Assembly (NCBI GenBank): GCA_963741955.1
Contig: CAVUKB010000013.1
Span: 32,001 to 96,000, forward strand
Reading direction: 5' to 3'
Length of the DNA: 64,000 nt
Origin: an uncultured Acidobacteriota bacterium
GTDB taxonomy: Bacteria; Acidobacteriota; Thermoanaerobaculia; Gp7-AA8
Position numbers and translations under genes: made by a program. Under the pieces are notes generated by a model, which was given only the letters and a program-made list of their open reading frames with translations, had not been told where the DNA came from and ran no database searches. Position 1 is the stretch's first letter, and each line of letters opens with the position of its first letter. Of the stretch, positions 30,975 to 42,355 are shown piece by piece.

Positions 30975-32300
30975 TCACTTGCCGATGCAAAATTTTGCGA
31001 AGATCTCGTGCAGGATCTCGTCGCGCGTGACGGCCCCGGTCAGAAGCCCGATGGCGTTCGAGGCGCGATACAGCTCGACCAGAACGATCTCTTCGGTCGA
31101 GCCGGCGGCGAGTGCCGTCAAGGCCCCGTCGATCGCGTCAACCGTCTCCGCCACGGCGGCGCGCTGGCGTTCGTTAACGAGGGTCGGGCTCCCCTCTTCC
31201 GGAACGAACGTCGACCTCACCCGGGCATCGAGTGAAGTGAGCAATGCCTCCGTCCCTCGTCTTTCCGTGATCGAGATCCCGAGCGCACCCGGCGGCGGCT
31301 GCGCGAGATCGCACTTCGTGTAGATCAGCATCGAGGGAGCGAGAGAAGCGAGCTCCTTCATCTCGTCAGGATCCGGAACGGCAGAGGCGTCGATCAGGTA
31401 GATCACCAGATCCGCGGCTGCTGCCGCGTCCCGGGCGCGCCGGACTCCGATCTCCTCCACCACGTCCTCGCTCACGCGCAGTCCCGCGGTGTCGGTGACC
31501 GTCACCGGGATACCGCCGATCTCGATCGTCTCCCGCACCAGGTCACGGGTCGTTCCCGGGATTGGCGTCACGATCGCGCGCTCGGTCCCACAGAGAAAAT
31601 TCAGGAGTGTCGATTTCCCCGCGTTCGGCTTGCCAAGAATCACCGCGCTCAATCCGTGCGTCACCGCGCGACCTCTCTCGTAAGTCGCAAGCATGCGGAG
31701 AGACTCCTCGCGCGCGTTCCGGAGAGTTCGCTCCACTTCGTTTCTCTCGATGAATTCGTACCCTTCGTCCGCGAAGTCGAGCGCTGCTTCGAGCCGCGAG
31801 ATGACGTGAAGAAGAGACGAGCGGACGGATGTGCCGATCCGGCTCACTTCTCCATCCAGATTCGACAGTGCGACCCTCGCCTGAACCGTCGTGCGCGAGG
31901 CGATCAAATCACCGATCGCCTCCGCCTGAACCAGATCGAGCTTCCCGTTCAGCACCGCTCTTTCGGTGAACTCACCCGGCTCGGCAATCCGCGCTCCCGC
32001 GCGGAGCGCTTCCTGCAGCAGGCGCTCGACCAGAAAGGGATTTCCGTGCAGAGAGACCTCGACGAGATCATTGCCGGTGAAGGATCGAGGAGCGCGGTAT
32101 CCGGTGACGACAGCGTCGTCGAATGCGTCGCCGATCTCGAGCCGTCGCAGCTGCGGCTCCCGCTCCCGCAGCGTGCGACCGCCGCTCAGACGCTCGAGGA
32201 TGGCGAAGGATTCCGGTCCATCGAGACGTACGATGGCAAGCGCGCTTCGACCTTGTGGAGTCGCCGGCGCAATGATCGTCTCGATCTTCTCCGACGTCAG
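30975..32300 (-). CDS. mnmE: tRNA modification GTPase MnmE (TrmE); probable CTG start
   Basis: Frame is open from the jag stop: LTSEKIETIIAPATPQGRSALAIVRLDG...PRSFTGND...AEPGEFTERAVLNGKLDL; GKPNAGKS, GTTRD, DTAG, FCIGK. Confidence 0.93.
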   Translation of the reverse strand: MTSEKIETIIAPATPQGRSALAIVRLDGPESFAILERLSGGRTLREREPQLRRLEIGDAFDDAVVTGYRAPRSFTGNDLVEVSLHGNPFLVERLLQEALRAGARIAEPGEFTERAVLNGKLDLVQAEAIGDLIASRTTVQARVALSNLDGEVSRIGTSVRSSLLHVISRLEAALDFADEGYEFIERNEVERTLRNAREESLRMLATYERGRAVTHGLSAVILGKPNAGKSTLLNFLCGTERAIVTPIPGTTRDLVRETIEIGGIPVTVTDTAGLRVSEDVVEEIGVRRARDAAAAADLVIYLIDASAVPDPDEMKELASLAPSMLIYTKCDLAQPPPGALGISITERRGTEALLTSLDARVRSTFVPEEGSPTLVNERQRAAVAETVDAIDGALTALAAGSTEEIVLVELYRASNAIGLLTGAVTRDEILHEIFAKFCIGK

Positions 32301-32306
32301 CCCACC

Positions 32307-33143
32307 TCACGCATCAGCGCGGGGGATGATGGCGATCCGTTTGTAGAAGCCATCACCCCGTGATTCGGTCGTCACGTCGGCATCATCCTGGAGCGCGAGA
32401 TGCACGATGCGTCGCTCGATCGGTGTCATCGATGGCAGGAGCTGCTCGCCGCCTTCTGCCCGTACGAAGTCCGCCAGTTCCCGCGCCCGCGCCTCCAGAC
32501 GCTCGATCCGCTGTTCTTTGAATCCGCTGCTGTCGAATTCGATCTGCTTCGTAACACTTATGCCGCTAAGTGACTTGTTTGCAAGTACTTGCAACGAGTC
32601 CAACAGCTCTCCGTCGCGGGCGGTCAGTCGTTCCGAGTCCTCACCGTACAACCTCACTTCGATCTGCTCGTCGTTTTCCTCGGTTCGCACAGACAAATCG
32701 AGACCAGCGAGAGAAAACAGCTCCTCGCACCATCCCCGCACTTTCCCTGCCCCTTCGGATTCATCACCCTGTGGGGGGATCTCGACCGGCTCGCGATGTC
32801 GTGGAGTCTTCCGATCGGAGCGCTCTGTTCGACTCCCCCGATCCCTTCGGCCATCGTCGTTCCGCGATCTTCTGCTCCGCGCCGGACGGGCGGCGGCGCC
32901 GGGTGCTGGCGTCGGGAGCTCAGGTGATGCGGTCGTGGCGGCTGCAGGGGTTTCGATCCGTTCACTGATCTCGGCGATCTCGGCGATCTCGGCCTGAATC
33001 ACGATCCGCTTGATCCCACCGAGGAAACCCCGCTTCTCCACCACGACGTGATAGTCGAGTCGGTGGGTGTCGACGCCGAGGTCCGCCGCTGCCTTTTGAA
33101 GCGCGTCCTCGAGGTTGCTGCCTTCGTAACGACGTCCTGCCAT
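32307..33143 (-). CDS. jag: Jag/KhpB (EloR) RNA-binding protein
   Basis: Jag_N domain (KRGFLGG), KH-like GELLDSLQVL, R3H ERRIVH...TESRGDG. Confidence 0.88.
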   Translation of the reverse strand: MAGRRYEGSNLEDALQKAAADLGVDTHRLDYHVVVEKRGFLGGIKRIVIQAEIAEIAEISERIETPAAATTASPELPTPAPGAAARPARSRRSRNDDGRRDRGSRTERSDRKTPRHREPVEIPPQGDESEGAGKVRGWCEELFSLAGLDLSVRTEENDEQIEVRLYGEDSERLTARDGELLDSLQVLANKSLSGISVTKQIEFDSSGFKEQRIERLEARARELADFVRAEGGEQLLPSMTPIERRIVHLALQDDADVTTESRGDGFYKRIAIIPRADA

Positions 33144-33156
33144 GATCAGTATGTCC

Positions 33157-34848
33157 TCACCCAGGAAGGCTCTCGGGATGCTCCTTCCAGTAGTAGTTCA
33201 TGATCCCCTGCTGAGCGATTGTAAGGATATTCTGAACCAGCCAGTAGAGAACCAGTCCGCTCGGGAACTCCTTGAAAATCCACCCGAAGATCAACGGCAT
33301 GAAGAGGAACATGCGACGCTGCGTCGGATCGGCCGTCGTCGGAGTCATCCACTGCTGGACGAACATGGTCACCATCATCAGAATCGGCGTGATGTAGTAC
33401 GGATCCTTCGCCGAAAGATCTTTGATCCAGAAGATGAACGGTTCGCCCCGCACCGCGATGGCGTGAGAGAGAAGGCTGTAGAACGCCCAGAGGATCGGCA
33501 GCTGCAGGAGCATCGGGAAACACCCGCTCATCGGGTTGATTCCTTCCTGCGAGTAGAGCTTCATCATTTCGGCGTTCAGCCGTTGCTTCTGTTGTGGATC
33601 GGTTTTCGCCTTCCTGAATTTGTCGCGCAGCGCATTCACCTTCGGCTGGATGCGCTGCATCTTCTTCATCGAAACGATGCTCTTGTGCTGGAGCGGATAG
33701 AGGAGGAGCTTGATCACGACGGTGAGAAAGATGATCGCCCAACCATAGTTGCCGGTGAAGGTGTAGATCCATTTCAGCGCGATCAGGAGGACCCGGGCGA
33801 TGACACCGAAAATTCCGAACTGCAGAGTCTTTTCGAGACCGTACTGCTGCAGCAGCTCGACTTCTTTCGGTCCGAAGAACGCCTTCCCTTCCACGGTTCC
33901 GTTCACCGCGTTCAGGCCGGCGTAAAGCTCTCTTCTCTTTTTCGACTTCTCGAGGGGAGCGGGAACGTCGATTGCGCGGAACACGGCATCCCCGCTCTTC
34001 GTGGGGATGAAAACCGCGAGGAAGTAATTGTCCTCGATTCCGACGAACTGGGGCTGGCCCGAGAACAACTGGAATGCTTCGGCCTTCTCGCGTCCGACCA
34101 CTTTCAGAGAACCGTCTTCGCGTTGCACGACTCCGTTGCCCGAAGCCATGAAGCGGTTCTCGATCTCGTTCTGTCCGAGCTTTCTCATCCCCGGACCGAG
34201 GACGATCCGGTACGGCTGGCTGATCCCTTCCACCCGGATCGAGAAGTCGAACGGATACGCTGTTCCGAACGTGAACTTCTTGGTCACCTTGACCACGCCT
34301 GGTTGTGCGTACTGGAACGTGATCACGTGCTTTCCGCCCGAATCCTCCTCGGACATCTGGTAGAGCGATCCGTTCACCAGCCGGTTTAGTGTCTCGTCCG
34401 GGGTGATGATGGCGAACGGAAAATCCGAACGATCCGCAGCCCGAGCTTTGACGAGATTGACCTCATCGCCCTCTTCGTCGCGGTAGCGATGGAGCAGAAA
34501 CGTCGTGAGCTGACCGCCGCGGTTCGAGAAGCGCGCCTCGTAGGCCGGCTTCTTCACTGTCGCTTCCCGCGGGCCGGCGGCCTGAATGGCCTCTTGCGGT
34601 GTCGCGGAAACCGGCGCAGGCGAAGAAGCGGAGGATGCGGTCACGGGAGCGGTGGTCCCCGGCGGCGGAGCGGTCGCGGAAGGAGGAGCCGCGGAGCCGG
34701 ACGCCGGCGCCTGAGTCGCCGTCGACGAGGCCTTCTGCGCTGCCTCCTTCTGCTTCGCGAGCTCGGGGAAGAATTTCGGGAGCAACGCGCCCCATGCGAA
34801 GAGGAGCGCGATCGAAAGAAGAACTGCGATGAACAGACGCTTTTCCAT
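33157..34848 (-). CDS. yidC: Membrane protein insertase YidC
   Basis: GNYGWAIIFLT, INPMSGCFPMLLQLP, WIKDLSAKDPYY, PSGLVLYW. Confidence 0.96.
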   Translation of the reverse strand: MEKRLFIAVLLSIALLFAWGALLPKFFPELAKQKEAAQKASSTATQAPASGSAAPPSATAPPPGTTAPVTASSASSPAPVSATPQEAIQAAGPREATVKKPAYEARFSNRGGQLTTFLLHRYRDEEGDEVNLVKARAADRSDFPFAIITPDETLNRLVNGSLYQMSEEDSGGKHVITFQYAQPGVVKVTKKFTFGTAYPFDFSIRVEGISQPYRIVLGPGMRKLGQNEIENRFMASGNGVVQREDGSLKVVGREKAEAFQLFSGQPQFVGIEDNYFLAVFIPTKSGDAVFRAIDVPAPLEKSKKRRELYAGLNAVNGTVEGKAFFGPKEVELLQQYGLEKTLQFGIFGVIARVLLIALKWIYTFTGNYGWAIIFLTVVIKLLLYPLQHKSIVSMKKMQRIQPKVNALRDKFRKAKTDPQQKQRLNAEMMKLYSQEGINPMSGCFPMLLQLPILWAFYSLLSHAIAVRGEPFIFWIKDLSAKDPYYITPILMMVTMFVQQWMTPTTADPTQRRMFLFMPLIFGWIFKEFPSGLVLYWLVQNILTIAQQGIMNYYWKEHPESLPG

Positions 34849-34849
34849 T

Positions 34850-35059
34850 TCAGGGGACGGGGTCCCAACCTCCAGGATTCAGTGGATGGCAGCGGAACAG
34901 CCGCTTGATCGCGAGCCACGAGCCGCGGAGCGCTCCGTACTTCTCGACGGCCTGCATCGCGTAGACGGAACAGGTCGGTTCAAACCGGCACATCGGAGGG
35001 AGCAGGGGTGAAATGAATCGCTTGTAGAAGCGAAGGAGGAAAAGGAGGATGCCTCGCAT
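34850..35059 (-). CDS. yidD: Membrane protein insertion efficiency factor YidD
   Basis: [18 protein letters not shown]...[14 protein letters not shown]. Confidence 0.95.
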   Translation of the reverse strand: MRGILLFLLRFYKRFISPLLPPMCRFEPTCSVYAMQAVEKYGALRGSWLAIKRLFRCHPLNPGGWDPVP

Positions 35060-35060
35060 C

Positions 35061-35474
35061 TCAACCGCTCTGCCTCTGTCTGCGGAGCGAATCAGCCGCA
35101 CGCCTGAATCCTCGTCCGAGATCTTCGGAGAAGGCGTGAAAGTCGGCTTCCGATGCGCTCGTTTTCAGATTGACCACGAAATCGATCGATTCGGATGCGA
35201 AGCCGAGAGGCGCTCGCTGCCGGCGATAAACCTCGCGAACCCACCGCTTCAAGCGGTTCCGAACGGCGGCTTTCCCGACCCGCTTCGGAGCCGTGATTCC
35301 GATCCGTGGATGTCCGAGATCGTTACTTTTCGCAAAGACCACAGAGTACCGGACGAAGGTCCGGTTACCCTCTTCATATGTGCTGAGGAACTCGCGCCGC
35401 CGGGTAATCCGCTGCTGCCTCGACAGCGCCTCCGATGCGGAACGGTGTGGTCTGGTGGCTCCAGACATCGGCAT
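35061..35474 (-). CDS. rnpA: Ribonuclease P protein component
   Basis: [25 protein letters not shown] (RNR motif). Confidence 0.93.
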   Translation of the reverse strand: MPMSGATRPHRSASEALSRQQRITRRREFLSTYEEGNRTFVRYSVVFAKSNDLGHPRIGITAPKRVGKAAVRNRLKRWVREVYRRQRAPLGFASESIDFVVNLKTSASEADFHAFSEDLGRGFRRAADSLRRQRQSG

Positions 35475-35500
35475 CCCCGGTACGAGGAGTCCGGAACCGC

Positions 35501-35635
35501 TCAGACCGCGAGGCGCTTGCGTCCTTTGCGGCGCCGGCGTGAAATGACTGCCTGGCCGTTTTTCGTCCTCATCCGGACGAGGAAGCCGTGCGTGCGCTTC
35601 CGGCGGCGGTTGTTCGGTTGAAAAGTACGTTTCAT
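35501..35635 (-). CDS. rpmH: 50S ribosomal protein L34 (absent from ORF track)
   Basis: Translates [44 protein letters not shown] (44 aa). Confidence 0.98.
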   Translation of the reverse strand: MKRTFQPNNRRRKRTHGFLVRMRTKNGQAVISRRRRKGRKRLAV

Positions 35636-35674
35636 AGTTCGACCTTATTCTCAGGGTAATTGAAGGAACCGCAG

Positions 35675-35703
35675 AGTATAGTGACGCCCCCCGGCAGGGT
35701 CAA
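35675..35703 (-). promoter_or_regulatory. Sigma70 promoter of the rpmH operon
   Basis: TTGACC-17 nt-TATACT. Confidence 0.8.
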
Positions 35704-35846
35704 CCCGGACGCCGGACGACAAACCGCAAACTGACCGGAGAGGGACTCTATTCCACCCTCCGAAAGCGTCCCTCCAGGGGGGTTCTAACTGTCTTGATGA
35801 GCCTCTTCCGCTGTGCTACACTCGCCAACCCTTCTCGTGTAGCAGT

Positions 35847-35877
35847 TTTTCCACAATTGTGGAAAAGTTGTGGAATC
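35847..35877. promoter_or_regulatory. DnaA boxes upstream of dnaA
   Basis: TTTTCCACA (35847-55), TGTGGAAAA (35858-66), TGTGGAATC (35869-77). Confidence 0.8.
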
Positions 35878-35899
35878 TCTAAAGGATAGCCCCCCCGGT

Positions 35900-37210
35900 A
35901 TGAATCTCTGGAACCAGGTCCTCAGCCGGCTTGAAGAGCGACTCGATGCGGCGGAATTCGAGCAATGGTTCCAGCCGACGCACTTCCTCGCCGAGAAGGG
36001 CGACATCATCGACGTCCGGGTTCCCGATTCCCGTTTCGTGGACGAAATCACGGAGCGCTACGGCCGCGCGATCCGCGGAATTCTTTCCGAAATGGATTCC
36101 GACCGGACCCGGATCCAGTTCGTCGCCGACGCCACCGCTCCGAAAAGACAGACCTCGAGTCAGGTCAAAGTCTCCCCGGCCGCCGATCTTCCTCCTTCGA
36201 TCTTCAATCCCCGATACACCTTTTCCACCTTCGTGGTCGGAAATTCGAATCAGCTCGCCTACGCCGCCTCCCTATCGATCGCCGAGAACCCGAGCGGTTC
36301 CTTCAACCCGCTCTTCATTTACGGCGGCGCGGGGCTCGGGAAAACCCATCTGATCCAGGCCATCGGTCAAAAGATCTTCCGGGGACGGGAGCAGATGAAG
36401 GTCGTCTACATGTCAGCCGACAACTTCGTCACCGAGTTGATCTCGTCGATCCGCTATGACCGGATGGCGGCTTTCCGGGAAAGATACCGCTCCGTCGACG
36501 CTCTCCTTCTCGACGACATCCAGTTCCTGGCCGGGAAGGAACGGACGCAGGAGGAGTTCTTCCATACGTTCAACGCCCTGTACGAAGCCCAGAAACAGAT
36601 CGTCTTCACCTCGGATGCTCCACCACGCGAAATACCGACGCTCGAGGAGCGCCTCCGCTCGCGTTTCGAATGGGGGCTGATCGCAGACATCCAACCCCCC
36701 GATATCGAGACGAAGGTCGCGATCATCCGGAAGAAGGCGGAGGAACGACGGATCGATCTGTCGGACGACGTGGCGCTCTTCATCGCCGAGCGAGTGCGCT
36801 CGAACGTGCGGGAGCTCGAGGGGCATCTGAATCGGGTCGTCGCTTTCGCGTCGTTGACCGGACATACCATCGATCTCGATCTGACGAAAGAAGCACTCCG
36901 GGACCTCCTCGCCAAGGAAAACAAGCCGATCACCGGGAGCGAGATCCTGAAGGTGGTCGCAAATCACTACGGAATCAAGGTGGCCGAGTTGAAGTCGAAG
37001 TCGAACTCGCGACCCATCGCCTACCCTCGTCAGATCGCGATGTTTCTCTGTAAATCGCTGACGGACCTCTCGTACCCGGAGATCGGAAAACTCTTCAACA
37101 ACAAGCATCACTCCACCGTGATCTACTCCGTCGAGAAAATCGACCGGTTGAAGGAAGAGGATCCTGCCGTCGCGAATACCGTCGAAATGCTGATCAAGCA
37201 CTTTCGATGA
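35900..37210 (+). CDS. dnaA: Chromosomal replication initiator DnaA
   Basis: YTFSTFVVGNSN, NPLFIYGGAGLGKTHL, LLLDDIQF, RLRSRFEWGL, KHHSTVIY. Confidence 0.98.
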   Translation: MNLWNQVLSRLEERLDAAEFEQWFQPTHFLAEKGDIIDVRVPDSRFVDEITERYGRAIRGILSEMDSDRTRIQFVADATAPKRQTSSQVKVSPAADLPPSIFNPRYTFSTFVVGNSNQLAYAASLSIAENPSGSFNPLFIYGGAGLGKTHLIQAIGQKIFRGREQMKVVYMSADNFVTELISSIRYDRMAAFRERYRSVDALLLDDIQFLAGKERTQEEFFHTFNALYEAQKQIVFTSDAPPREIPTLEERLRSRFEWGLIADIQPPDIETKVAIIRKKAEERRIDLSDDVALFIAERVRSNVRELEGHLNRVVAFASLTGHTIDLDLTKEALRDLLAKENKPITGSEILKVVANHYGIKVAELKSKSNSRPIAYPRQIAMFLCKSLTDLSYPEIGKLFNNKHHSTVIYSVEKIDRLKEEDPAVANTVEMLIKHFR

Positions 37211-37485
37211 CTCTCGAGATTCGAAGTCGTCTCCTTCTTTCCTGGAAAGCTGATGAAACTGATGAGGAATACCTGCGGAAAAAGAAGCGACCTTCCGGAC
37301 CGGCTCTCCGGCTGCGGAAAACCGGCTGCCAATTCCGCGGCTTTTCCGCCGATCGACCCACAGCATTCCACGAGCCGGACTGCTATACTTTTTCAACGAG
37401 TTGGGTCACCGTCACCCGTTTTTCCACGTCGACTACCACTACGATGTACTAATCTCTTAAAAGAGTTTTCTCTTAAGGTAGAAGC
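37211..37485. other. Replication origin oriC (dnaA-dnaN intergenic)
   Basis: Variant DnaA boxes (TGCGGAAAA x2, TTTTCCGCC, TTTTCCACG at 37420-28) followed by DnaA-trio-like ACTACCACTACGATGTACTAAT and an AT-rich segment. Confidence 0.8.
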
Positions 37486-38613
37486 ATGGAGCTGAGCGTC
37501 GCGAAAGCCGATCTGCAGAAGGAACTGCAACTCTGTCAGGGCGTGGTCGAGAAGCGATCGACCATCCCGATACTCTCGAATGTCCTGATCCGTGCCGCCG
37601 GTGATCGTCTCGAGATCGCGGCGACGGACCTCGATGTGACTCTGGAGAGTTCGTGTCCGGCGCGAGTGAAAACCGAGGGAGGGATGACCGTCGAAGCGCG
37701 CCGCTTCTTCGACGTCGTGCGTTCGTTACCGGACGATGAAGTCAAGCTCACCCTCCAGGAAAACCTCTCGCTTCTGATCGAGTCGGGGAGTGCGAAGTTC
37801 CGCCTTCTCGGTCTTCCTGTCGAGGACTATCCGACGCTTCCGAAGATCTCGACGAAGGAGAGTTTCGAAGCGCCGTTCGACGATCTGAAGACGATGGTCG
37901 AGAAGGTGATCTTCGCGATCACCCACGAAGAGACTCGATTCCAGCTCAACGGTGCGTTGCTCAAGATCGACGGGAACAAACTGGAGATGGTCGCGACGGA
38001 TGGCCACCGAATGGCGCTGGTCAACGTGCAGAGTGGAGGCGGGAAGAACGGGAAGAAGGAAGGCATGACGATCCTCGTCCCGAGAAAAGCCCTTCACGAG
38101 CTGACTCGTCTCGAGGCGGAAGAGGATGACGGGAAAGTCCGGTTCGGGACTGCGGACAATCATCTCTTCTTCGAGGTCGGTCCGCGACGTCTGATGGCGC
38201 GGATGATCGACGTGAATTTTCCGAACTACATGGAAGTCATCGCTCGCGACAACGACCGCAAGATCGTGGTGGATCGGGAGAGACTTCTTTCGACCATCCG
38301 TCGCATCTCGCTCGTCGCGAACGAGCGGACTCGCGCGATCCGTTTCGATTTCGGGCCGGGCAAACTGACCGTCTCGTCGACGAACCCGGAGCTCGGCGAC
38401 GCGCGAGAGACCGTGCCGATCGAGTACTCCGGAGACCCGTTCTACATCGGACTCAATGCGGCGTATCTCACCGATTTTCTCGGAGTCGTCGATACCCAGA
38501 ACATCTCCCTCGAGCTCAAGGACGAGAACAGCCAGTGCATCGGCCGCCCATTCGCCGCGGATGGACTCGAATACGACTACCTGTACGTCGTGATGCCGAT
38601 GCGGATCTCCTGA
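37486..38613 (+). CDS. dnaN: DNA polymerase III beta clamp
   Basis: STIPILSNVL, ATDLD, VATDGHRMA, FPNY, YVVMPMR. Confidence 0.97.
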   Translation: MELSVAKADLQKELQLCQGVVEKRSTIPILSNVLIRAAGDRLEIAATDLDVTLESSCPARVKTEGGMTVEARRFFDVVRSLPDDEVKLTLQENLSLLIESGSAKFRLLGLPVEDYPTLPKISTKESFEAPFDDLKTMVEKVIFAITHEETRFQLNGALLKIDGNKLEMVATDGHRMALVNVQSGGGKNGKKEGMTILVPRKALHELTRLEAEEDDGKVRFGTADNHLFFEVGPRRLMARMIDVNFPNYMEVIARDNDRKIVVDRERLLSTIRRISLVANERTRAIRFDFGPGKLTVSSTNPELGDARETVPIEYSGDPFYIGLNAAYLTDFLGVVDTQNISLELKDENSQCIGRPFAADGLEYDYLYVVMPMRIS

Positions 38614-38619
38614 CGCTCC

Positions 38620-39732
38620 GTGATCCTCGATTCGCTGAAGGTTCGCCAGTTCCGGAATCTCGACGATCAGGATCTGGAGTTTCATCCTCGGGCGAACCTT
38701 TTCGTCGGCGACAACGGCCAGGGAAAGACGAACTTTCTCGAAGCGATCTACTTCCTCGCGACGACCAAGTCCTTCCGGACGTCGAAAACGGCGAATCTCG
38801 TGCGGCTCGGCGCCGATCGGGTTTTCGCGGCCGGCACCTTCACCGCCGAGCGGGTCGTGAGGTCGCTCTCGATCGGGATCGACCTGGCGCACCAGAGGAG
38901 ACGAGAGCTCCAGATCAATGGCCAGAAAGCGCGGCTGCACGACTATCTCGACCTGATTCACCCCTTCGCCTATTCCGCCGCCCGGCTGGAGATCATCCGC
39001 GGAGGTCCCGAGGAGAGACGGAGATTTCTCGATCGCGGGATCGCGTCACTCCGAACGGGCCACCTGGCGCATCTGACCAGGTATCAGAAGGCACTCCAGC
39101 AACGGAATGCGCTCCTGCGTGAGATCGGCGAAGGACGGGGAGGGAAGCGGAGCCTCGATTCGTGGGACGTGGAGCTGGTCGAAGCGGCAGCGCCCATCGT
39201 CGCGGCACGAGCGAGCTATGTCGAAAAACTGGTCCGGAGATTCCGCCAGGTGGTCGAGGCCCACGACTACCACGTCAGGGACCTCGAGATCGGCTACGAG
39301 CCGGCAGGGATGAGTGGGAACCGGGAGGAGGATCTCGCGCTGCTGGAGCGGACGCGGAGCAGGGACGTCGGTGCCGGATTCACGACCACCGGGCCACATC
39401 GGGACAACGTCGCGATCACGATCCGGTCGATTCCCGCGGACGAGTTCCTCTCCAGCGGAGAGACGAAGATGACGGTACTCTTTCTGAAGCTCTCGAAAAT
39501 CGAGCTTTACCGGGACGAGCGCCAGGACGCACCGATCTTCGTACTCGATGATATCGACGCCGAGCTCGACATCCGGATTCTCCGACGGCTGTTCGGTTAC
39601 ATCCTCGATTCGACGCAACTGTTCACGAGCTCGGCCAAGGAGATTTTCTTTCGCGAATTCTCGCTCGGGGCGCACCGCAAATTCACGCTCGAGAAGGGGG
39701 CGGTAACCGGGCGGGACGACGCGTCGGCGTGA
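38620..39732 (+). CDS. recF: DNA replication/repair protein RecF
   Basis: GDNGQGKTNFLEAI, GPEERRRFLD, GPHRD, LDDIDAELD. Confidence 0.94.
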   Translation: MILDSLKVRQFRNLDDQDLEFHPRANLFVGDNGQGKTNFLEAIYFLATTKSFRTSKTANLVRLGADRVFAAGTFTAERVVRSLSIGIDLAHQRRRELQINGQKARLHDYLDLIHPFAYSAARLEIIRGGPEERRRFLDRGIASLRTGHLAHLTRYQKALQQRNALLREIGEGRGGKRSLDSWDVELVEAAAPIVAARASYVEKLVRRFRQVVEAHDYHVRDLEIGYEPAGMSGNREEDLALLERTRSRDVGAGFTTTGPHRDNVAITIRSIPADEFLSSGETKMTVLFLKLSKIELYRDERQDAPIFVLDDIDAELDIRILRRLFGYILDSTQLFTSSAKEIFFREFSLGAHRKFTLEKGAVTGRDDASA

Positions 39733-39928
39733 GGGATTAAATCATTTCGCACCAGAATTTTCTGCTAGAATGAGACGTTCTGATCGGGTGTGCGGAAATC
39801 ACGGTTTCGGCACGACTGTCGAACGCGATGGGTGCAGGGCATACTGCCCCGTTTCTCCTACGAATCCAACGGTGAAAAGAGCAATCCTCCGGTCGCTCGC
39901 AGGTCTGAGGTGCGCGCGCTACCGGTGA

Positions 39929-42328
<2,400 letters not shown>

Positions 42329-42355
42329 TCGAGCTCCCGCGAAGCAGAGTCACGA

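Noticed and set aside
32068-32310. Frameshift or pseudogene call for mnmE using the 80 aa ORF
   Set aside because: Manual translation shows the MnmE frame is continuous from 32306 to 30975; the 80 aa ORF is in another frame.
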